A stretch of 64,000 nt of DNA. It comes from an uncultured Planctomycetota bacterium (lineage in GTDB: Bacteria; Planctomycetota; Planctomycetia; Isosphaerales; Isosphaeraceae). This document shows positions 62,094-64,000 of the stretch, piece after piece. The stretch spans positions 2,816,001 through 2,880,000 of the forward strand of contig CAWGMQ010000004.1 of NCBI GenBank assembly GCA_963823665.1, given 5' to 3'. Within the stretch, counting starts at the first letter, position 1. Each line of letters opens with the position of its first letter. The notes under the pieces are model-generated. The model saw only the letters and a program-made list of their open reading frames with translations. It made no database searches and was not told the origin of the DNA. Position numbers and translations under genes: made by a program.

Positions 62094-63365
62094 TCAGTCT
62101 TCTTGCATCCGCATGAGCTTCTTGCCGCGGGTATCGATCAGCCACGATTCTCCGCCTTCCCAGAATGCGGGCGCGTCGTCCACGACGTGAAGCGTTCCTC
62201 CCAGGTGGACTCTGGCCACGCCGCCGCGAAAGCTGTGTGCTTCGTTATAAACGGCCTCGATCTGGTACTTGCCGGTTTTATCGATGTAGCCCCAGGTGTC
62301 ACCTTTTCCATAGACGGTTGTTTTCTTGGTCCGCACGGCGGCGAGCCCTTCACTGAAGTCGTCCGCTTCACCAAAACGCGGGCGGATCACCACTTTCCCT
62401 GTGTGGTCGATGTAACCGTACGATCTGTTCTGATTGCTCTGGGCCTCACCGCCCCGCACGCTGAGCACCGCCAATCCCTCATGAAACTCGGCTGCCGAGC
62501 CGTCTACGCTGAGGGCAGTCTTTCCCTGTCGGTCAATAAAGCGAGTGACCCAGTCCTTTCCAGCACGGCCACGATCGATGTGGACGGGCGCGAGTCCTTC
62601 GCGGAAGTCGCCCGTAGAATGGAGGTCTTCAACATCAATATCAATCACCGCTTTGCCCGACTTGTTGAGGAATTTGATCCCGGCAGAATCCAAGACCCTC
62701 GCCAGACCCTCTGATACGGAGCCGGCCGACTCGAATTGGATCGGTACGACAACTTCGCCCTCCTTGTTGATGTATCCCCACTTGCCTCCAAACATGCCGC
62801 CGGGAAACTCAAACCTGGCACCGACGTTGACGGCTGCCAGACCGTCTGAAAACGGTCTTACCTTGTCGTACTTGGGCGCGAGAACCACATGGCCCTGATC
62901 GTCGCAGAGTCCCCAGCGCTTTTCCGTTTCGCTCAGAAACCAGATCATTCCTTCCGACGCATCGTGGGAGGCCTGTGTTCCCTCAGGAAGCGTGAACTTC
63001 AGTTTTCCAGTCGGATCGATGAATCCCAACTTGCCGTCCGACCGCACGCAGGCCAAGCCATCGGCGAAATCCGCCGCATAGTCGTATTGTGGCTTCAGGA
63101 TGACAATTCCCCAGCGGTTGATAAAACCATACTTGCCGCCGGTATCTTGGTTGCGAAATGCAGCGATCGGAGGGGCCTGCCGTTTTGCGGCATCATCGAC
63201 GCTCACTTTGCCAGGTTCGTCTGGAGAAGAGCCCGTTTGCGCTTTGGCCTGAGATCGTTCGCTGTCTCCGGGCCGTGAATCCGTGCAGCCGGGAATCAAG
63301 GTGGCACCAACGAGGGCGACTGCGCCGACCAAGATGAGCCGGCTCGTGGCGTGGGATCCTCGCAT
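62094..63365 (-). CDS. WG-repeat (KWG-type) lipoprotein
   Basis: Lipobox-like LIPGC; repeated F.EGLA.V...GKWGYID..G..VI.P.F units. Confidence 0.9.
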   Translation of the reverse strand: MRGSHATSRLILVGAVALVGATLIPGCTDSRPGDSERSQAKAQTGSSPDEPGKVSVDDAAKRQAPPIAAFRNQDTGGKYGFINRWGIVILKPQYDYAADFADGLACVRSDGKLGFIDPTGKLKFTLPEGTQASHDASEGMIWFLSETEKRWGLCDDQGHVVLAPKYDKVRPFSDGLAAVNVGARFEFPGGMFGGKWGYINKEGEVVVPIQFESAGSVSEGLARVLDSAGIKFLNKSGKAVIDIDVEDLHSTGDFREGLAPVHIDRGRAGKDWVTRFIDRQGKTALSVDGSAAEFHEGLAVLSVRGGEAQSNQNRSYGYIDHTGKVVIRPRFGEADDFSEGLAAVRTKKTTVYGKGDTWGYIDKTGKYQIEAVYNEAHSFRGGVARVHLGGTLHVVDDAPAFWEGGESWLIDTRGKKLMRMQED

Positions 63366-63421
63366 CGGAAGCCTCGCGGTGGAGGGCGTCGTAATCTTTG
63401 ATCATCGGGAGGCGAGTTACG

Positions 63422-63620
63422 TCAGTAAATCGGGAGTCCATGATCAGACGCGATGGCTTGTAGTTCTTCGTACAATTCGCTCAATTCGGCTGCGAGCGAC
63501 CGGCTTGATGTGTGATTTTCAGAACGGGCCAACTCGCCCAGCTGCGGAACTTTCACCGGGCTTCGGCGGCTCGTAGAGGGGAAATCGTACACCATCCCGC
63601 TGCCCTGACTTCGCAATGAC
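63422..63620 (-). pseudogene. Probable 3' fragment of an unidentified gene ending LSELYEELQAIASDHGLPIY
   Basis: Protein-like amphipathic C-terminus without a convincing start; its 3' junction is shared with 57935-57962. Confidence 0.3.
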
Positions 63621-64000
63621 CGGAGGGGGAGCGGCCGACTGGTCGTACTCCTCGAGAGCCTGCGCCACGGTCCGGCCATCGAGTCCTGAGATCACGTCTC
63701 ATTCTAACGTGAACGGCTGCGACGAACCTCAGCCCGGCGGCAGAAAGCTAACTGCGCGCGAGTTGCAGAACGCTTAACCGGACCAGGGCGGCGTGGCGCG
63801 CGTCTGCGCTCGGGCTGCGCGCTGGTAGGGGATGGCCAGGTGACTGGACGGCGGGCCGGTCGGGCTGTGGACCACATCCGCGCGGCACAGCGCGGCAAAA
63901 AAGGGGGATCAACGCGTTACAACCGGTGTTATTCGTTAAAATAAGATTGCTCATCCGGTAATGTCTGCATAATTAACGCATTTTGTCTTGCCGATTGCTG

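Noticed and set aside
63700..63830. Possible integron attC site (TTCTAAC ... CAGCCCG/CGGGCTG ... GGTAGG)
   Set aside because: The R boxes are degenerate, no second similar site was recognised, and no integron integrase is in the window

Overview
This is a GC-rich bacterial window. Gene content and repeat style point to a Planctomycete, probably Isosphaeraceae-like (inference). Many genes, including essential ileS, carry 1-2 nt frameshifts, most likely long-read indel errors, so several CDS below are reconstructed across frames. Housekeeping content: pyrD, xerC, ilvB, dps, a bshB1-like gene, purN, ileS, purine nucleoside phosphorylase, tRNA-Met(CAT) and tRNA-His. Accessory content: (1) a Fur-box-controlled cupredoxin-FTR1 fusion plus p19 iron-uptake locus; (2) a Cys-rich secreted leader-type ORF followed by an exported metallothionein-like peptide; (3) a membrane-anchored AhpC/TSA-like selenoprotein with an in-frame TGA in UxxC and a SECIS-like hairpin; (4) a Family 2A encapsulin with cysteine desulfurase cargo, preceded by a promoter and a terminator-containing leader; (5) a five-gene non-canonical Hsp70 operon (large TPR-like protein, J-domain with PPE in place of HPD, GrpE-like, Hsp70, Zn-ribbon protein); (6) toxin-antitoxin genes and an ABC exporter; (7) an eroded region at 56.3-63.7 kb with an IS21 element that has a 23-bp flanking duplication and internal copies of its end motif, plus a collinear mosaic of short duplicated fragments. 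No CRISPR array or rRNA was seen.
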